A stretch of 64,000 nucleotides of DNA from Flaccisagitta enflata (taxonomy: Eukaryota), in contig OZ231126.1 in assembly GCA_965153355.1 (NCBI GenBank), forward strand, positions 39,680,001 to 39,744,000, in the 5' to 3' direction. This document shows, piece after piece, positions 59,193-64,000 of this stretch. A program made the translations under genes and the position numbers. The stretch's first letter is position 1, and every line of letters begins with the position of its first letter. The notes under the pieces were generated by a model, which saw nothing but the letters and a program-made list of their open reading frames with translations, searched no databases and was not told the origin of the DNA.

Positions 59193-59991
59193 AGCGGGCC
59201 GGATACACGGCCACCAAAGTCGCGTGCAGGTGGGTAGGGGCGGCAATGAAATAGGCCGACCAAATATTGGGGCAGGAGCAGTGATGAAAAAACTGCCAGT
59301 AAACACTAACAAAGCGAAGTGTTACCAACCGACTGACTGAATGACCTTGCGTCCGACAAACGAAGTGGGACATAGAGTCACGTGCACGCGACTAAAAGAT
59401 AAATATGCAAAATGTCTGTTTTTTTTTCATGCGGTTTACATGATGAAGATTCAAGGTTCAACTACAAACTGTCAAATATACAAGCACACAAACAAACAAA
59501 AAAATAATCAATCAAACAAACAAATAAATAAACAAACAAATAAAAAAAAAAACAAATAGCCAGTGGAAGTCTGGGTGGTAGTGCAGTGTTGTCCATCTTT
59601 CATTTTAACAAGCGAGTTTATCAATCAAGGTCTTATATGCTTTGTCCGCTTATCTGTTTGTCGTGGGTCCAAAATAATCGAGTAATAAAAGTGAAGAGTG
59701 AGGGTGTGGAGGGGGGTTGCACGCCTCTGCCCATCCATCCGCGAAGATGTTGTGACCCAGCGTTACTTGTTATAAAAAATAAAACTTCATCAAATCTAAC
59801 AAGTTCATGATTTGGTTATGAATGCTCGACCAAACATCAAAATATCGCAAGATCGCAAGATCGCAAAGAACAACAGTTTCAATGAAAGTTGACTTTTTAT
59901 TTGATTAAGAAAAGCAAAAACGACAAAAGAAATCTTGAAGAAAAGTCGTTTCACAAATTAACAAACAGAAGGCGAAAAAGGCTGAGCAGGG

Positions 59992-62900
59992 CACACTGTC
60001 CCCGTTAGCCCTATAAAGTCAGGCATCAATGTCCCCTCATCAGGCCATGTTGTTAGTGTTTTATGATGTGTTGGGACTTGAAATAGCATGCTGGCAAATT
60101 TTTTCTCACGCGGAGATTTTTTTAATCAGGAAAAAAGTCAGTCTTCAACTTTTTGACATATTCAAGAGAAACAGGGCTTTTATTTTTTGATGAGGAAGTT
60201 GGGGAACTCATAGGGCTAATTGCACCCTCAGATGAAATTGATAGGGTAAGTAAATTTGATAATTCTCTTTCATTTGGCGCCAAGCAGAATGCTCTACAGA
60301 AAATATTTTTGGCGTTATGAATTTTTAAAGATTTATTTACGAAAAATTCAAATTGAATTTTCTTTTGATTTTTCATGATTTTAAATAGAATCAATAAAGG
60401 AGTGTATTTGAGTTTTTTTGAGCATGCAAATACATGAAAACATGTTTATGAGCATAGCTGCTCATCTATGAGGGTGTTTTGGAACATTTTAGCTCATTTA
60501 GCTCAGTTTTTTTTCTTGATTTTAAATGCAACAAATGAATAAATATTTTGAAACATGTTTAAGAAAGCAGCTACAAGAAAGCATATCAGTGAGTAGACCA
60601 GCATTTTAGCATTTAGCTCATTTAGTTTATTTTTTTTTCTAACTTTTAGTAGGATGAATAAATGTTTTAATTAAGCATGCAAATACCAGAAAGCATTTCA
60701 GTGAGCATAGCTGGATATCTGGTTGAGTGATGTTGAGTATTTTTGCTCATCTAGCTTATTTGGCTCAGTTCTATTTTTCTTTGATTTTCAGTGCAATCAA
60801 CACATAAAATTGCTCTTAATTTGATCTAACAAATTAAAAAATGCAGGGACTGAAAATAAAAGCTTGGTAAAAAGTAACCAATGCTTACAACTTTTTTCCT
60901 CATGGCGACAGCCGCCATTACTGGTATGACATATTAGCGTTTGAGAATGAATGGGTGGTTGTAGTTCTAAAACAATGCTTAAGGTCTGCTTAAAGAATAA
61001 CTAGTAAACTTTAAAAAAAAATTAATCTACAATAAAATTACAAGATAAGTGCAATTTAGTGTTTGTAGCTAAAATTGTTTAGAAATGGGAGGCAAAAGGG
61101 TGAAAATATTCAATATCAAAATTGAAAAAAATTGAAGATCTTCAATTTCTTCCAACTATTCCTCAAATAGCATTGTAATTGTGGCCCAAAAAATTGAAGA
61201 TCTTCAATTTTTTCTAATTATTTCTGAAATAGCATTGAAATTGCGGCCCAGTCTCCCACTTGAAATGTTTTCAAGCTTCTAGGATCCCTAATTAGAAATG
61301 CTGCAGATGGCTGATTGAGGGCCTAAAGAGCCTGAAGGATTAAGGCTGTTTGTAGAGGCTGTTTGTAGGCTGATTTGAAGCCTGTGAGGGTTGATTTGAG
61401 GCCTGAAGGGGTGGATTTGATGCCTAAGGAAGCTGATTCAAGGTCTGTGAAGGCTGATGTGAGGCTTAAGAGGGCCAGTTTCATGCTTGAGAGAGCTGAT
61501 TTGAAGCTTGAAAGGTCTACTTGAGGCCTAAGAGGACTGAATAGAGGCCTGAAAGGCTATAAAGAACTGCTTTGAAGCCTGAAATAGCTTAGCTGGTTAG
61601 AGGCCTGAGAGGCCTAATTAGAGGCCTGAAAGGCCGGATTGGAGGTCTGAGGGGCCTGATTTGAGGCATAAGAGGCTTGATTTGACAACAGAGGCCTGAT
61701 TTGACAACAGAGGCCTGATTTGAGGCCTAAGAGTCTTGACCAAGGGGGTGATGGACAGACTGACAGACTAACAAAAAGACTGACAAGTAGACTGACAGAC
61801 TAATAAAAATAGTTGCAAAAGCGTCAGATGGACGGCGGTACCTGTTGCCCCTATGAGTGTATGTGGGTGTGGTGGTTAGAGGGGCAGCGGCGTCAAAAAG
61901 GCCGATGACCTATGCTGTTTTTATTTGAACTTCAAGGCTGGAATTACCGAATTAGGGCCTGGAGACTGGGATATGAGCCTTGTGGCTAGGATTTGAGCCT
62001 TGAGACTGGTATTTGAACCTCATGGCTGGGATGTGAGCCTCAAGGCTGGGATTTGAGTCTCAAGCTTGGGATTTGAGTCTCAAGCTTGGGATTTGAGCTT
62101 CGAGGCTAGGATTTGGGCCTCGAGGCTAGGATTTAGGCCTCCAGGCTAGGATTTGGGCCTAGAGACTAGGATTTGTGCCTTGAGACTAGGATTTGGGCCT
62201 CTAGCCTCAAGAGGCCCTCTAGGCTTGGGAGGGCAGATTCAAAGGCCTGAGAGGGCAGATTTTGGGCCTGAACTGGCACATTTCAGGCGTGAGAGGGCAG
62301 ATTCCAGGCCTGAGGAGGCCTGGGGGACAAAGGGATGGATGAATAAACAAATAAACAGACAAACAAAAGTTGCCCTGTGTTCCACAAGACTTTATCTCCT
62401 TTGAGGCCGCCGCTCAAAAAGGGATCCAAAAAGTTCATTTGGGGCCTGAAAGGTCAGATTTAGGATACAAGATGTCGCTGTTGCCGTGAGGAAAAAAATT
62501 GTAAGCATTGGTCACTTCTCACCAAGCTTTTATTTTCAGTCCCTGCATTTTTTACTTTGTTAGATCAAATTAAGAGCAAATTTATGTATTGATTGCACTG
62601 AAAATCAGAGAAAAATAGAACTGAGCCAAATCAGCTAGATAAGTAAAAATACTCAAAATCACTCAACCAGATATCCAGCTATGCTCACTGAAATGCTTTC
62701 TTGTATTTGCATGCTCAATTAAAACATTTATTCATCCCATTAAAAGTTAGGAAAACAAGGCCGGATACACAGCCAAAACCAGTTGCAGACAAGTGTGCAG
62801 GGGCGAAAATGTGTTTTCACATTTTTCAACTCGTGCTCACGGACCAACAGAGGGATGGATCAACGGACCGATGGACGGACGGACAAAGGCACTTTTAGAG

Positions 62901-63513
62901 TTGCGTGTCCGCAACTAAAAAGTGAGCTAAATGAGCTAAATGAGCTAAAATGCTGGTCTGCTCGCTGACATGCTCTCTTGTAGCTTCCTGCTCAAATGTA
63001 TTTCAAAATATTTATTCATTTGTTGCATTTAAAATCAAGAAAAAAAACTGAGCTAAATGAGCTAAATGAGCTAAAATGCTCCAAAACACCCTCAGAGATG
63101 AGCAGCTATGCTTGTAAACATGTTTTCATGTATTTGCGTGCTCAAACAAACTCAAATACACTTCTTTTATTGATCCGTTTCAAAATCATGAAAAATCAGA
63201 AAAAAATTCAATTTGAATTTTTCGTAAATAAATATTAAAAAATTCATAACGCGAAAAATATTTGCTGTAGAGCATTCTGCTTGGCGCCAGATGAAAGAGA
63301 ATTATCAAATTTACTTACCCTATCGATTTCGTCCAAGGGTGCAATCAGCCCTACGAGTGCCCCAACTTCCTTTTTCTGATTAAAAAAATCTCCGCGTGAC
63401 AAAAAATTTGCCAGCAAGCTATTTCAAGTCCCAACACATCATAAAACACTGGAAACATGGTCTGAGAAGGGGACATTGATGCCTGACTTTATAGGGCTAA
63501 CGGGGACAGTGTG
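59992..63513. mobile_element. Second non-autonomous Chapaev-like element with ~0.92-kb TIRs (59992-60915 / 62472-63513)
   Basis: AGGG|CACACTGTCCCCGTTAGCCCTATAAAGTCAGGC ... GCCTGACTTTATAGGGCTAACGGGGACAGTGTG|AGGG; 4-bp TSD; HINE inserted in the right arm only. Confidence 0.85.
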
Positions 63514-63600
63514 AGGGGAGAAGGGGGGCGAGGGGTTGAGTCGTTGACGACTAATGTTGATCAAGTAATACCACCCATTTCTCATCTGGGCTTTCAAAAT

Positions 63601-63671
<71 letters not shown>

Positions 63672-64000
63672 CGGATCGTCACAGGGAGACATTTCACACA
63701 TTTCGTTTTAACCTTTTTTCTACTTTGGGACATGACAGATTAGTTCCTCTCTCCCCCCCCACACTTATTTTTTCCCCTTCCTATCTGAGGATATGGGAAA
63801 GGAAGAGGCTTTTCTCCCAGACCACCCTTTCCCCCTTTCCCCTGTATTGCTCTACGGACTAACGACGGATTTTAAGAGAAGCGCAGTTTTTTGGAACTCC
63901 AAAATTGCCGGAATATTTTGGGCATAATGAGGCCCCGAGAATCCATTAGTGCTCTACCTTGAAAAGAGAACTCCGAGGAGGAAAAAAGGGGGAATGCGCA

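Overview
AT-rich, microsatellite-dense, intron-containing animal (invertebrate-like) genomic DNA dominated by transposable elements. No prokaryotic genes, rRNA, tRNA or CRISPR were seen, and most ORF-track entries are simple-repeat artefacts. Host genes: a two-coding-exon C2H2 zinc-finger gene (minus strand, ~706 aa, poly-Asn tract) and a probable first coding exon of an unknown gene at 49028. The centrepiece is a head-to-tail tandem pair of an ~8.8-kb hAT-superfamily (hATx/hATm-like) DNA transposon. Copy 2 (23118-31943) looks complete, with imperfect TIRs and a spliced ~1294-aa DDE transposase. Copy 1 (14481-23116) has lost its left end at a palindromic, hairpin-type scar and is interrupted by a hAT MITE. 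Each copy carries in its non-coding 3' half two paralogous ~100-nt GC-rich motifs with conserved, co-varying base pairing, a candidate undescribed structured RNA. The window also holds the C-terminus of an Academ-like transposase, a decayed non-LTR reverse transcriptase, and two non-autonomous Chapaev-like elements with ~0.85-0.9-kb TIRs and 4-bp TSDs. There are many MITEs (hAT, Tc1/pogo, piggyBac-like) and dozens of Helentron/DINE-1-like (HINE) copies, which appear to be generating satellite arrays. All family assignments come from motif recall, not database searches.
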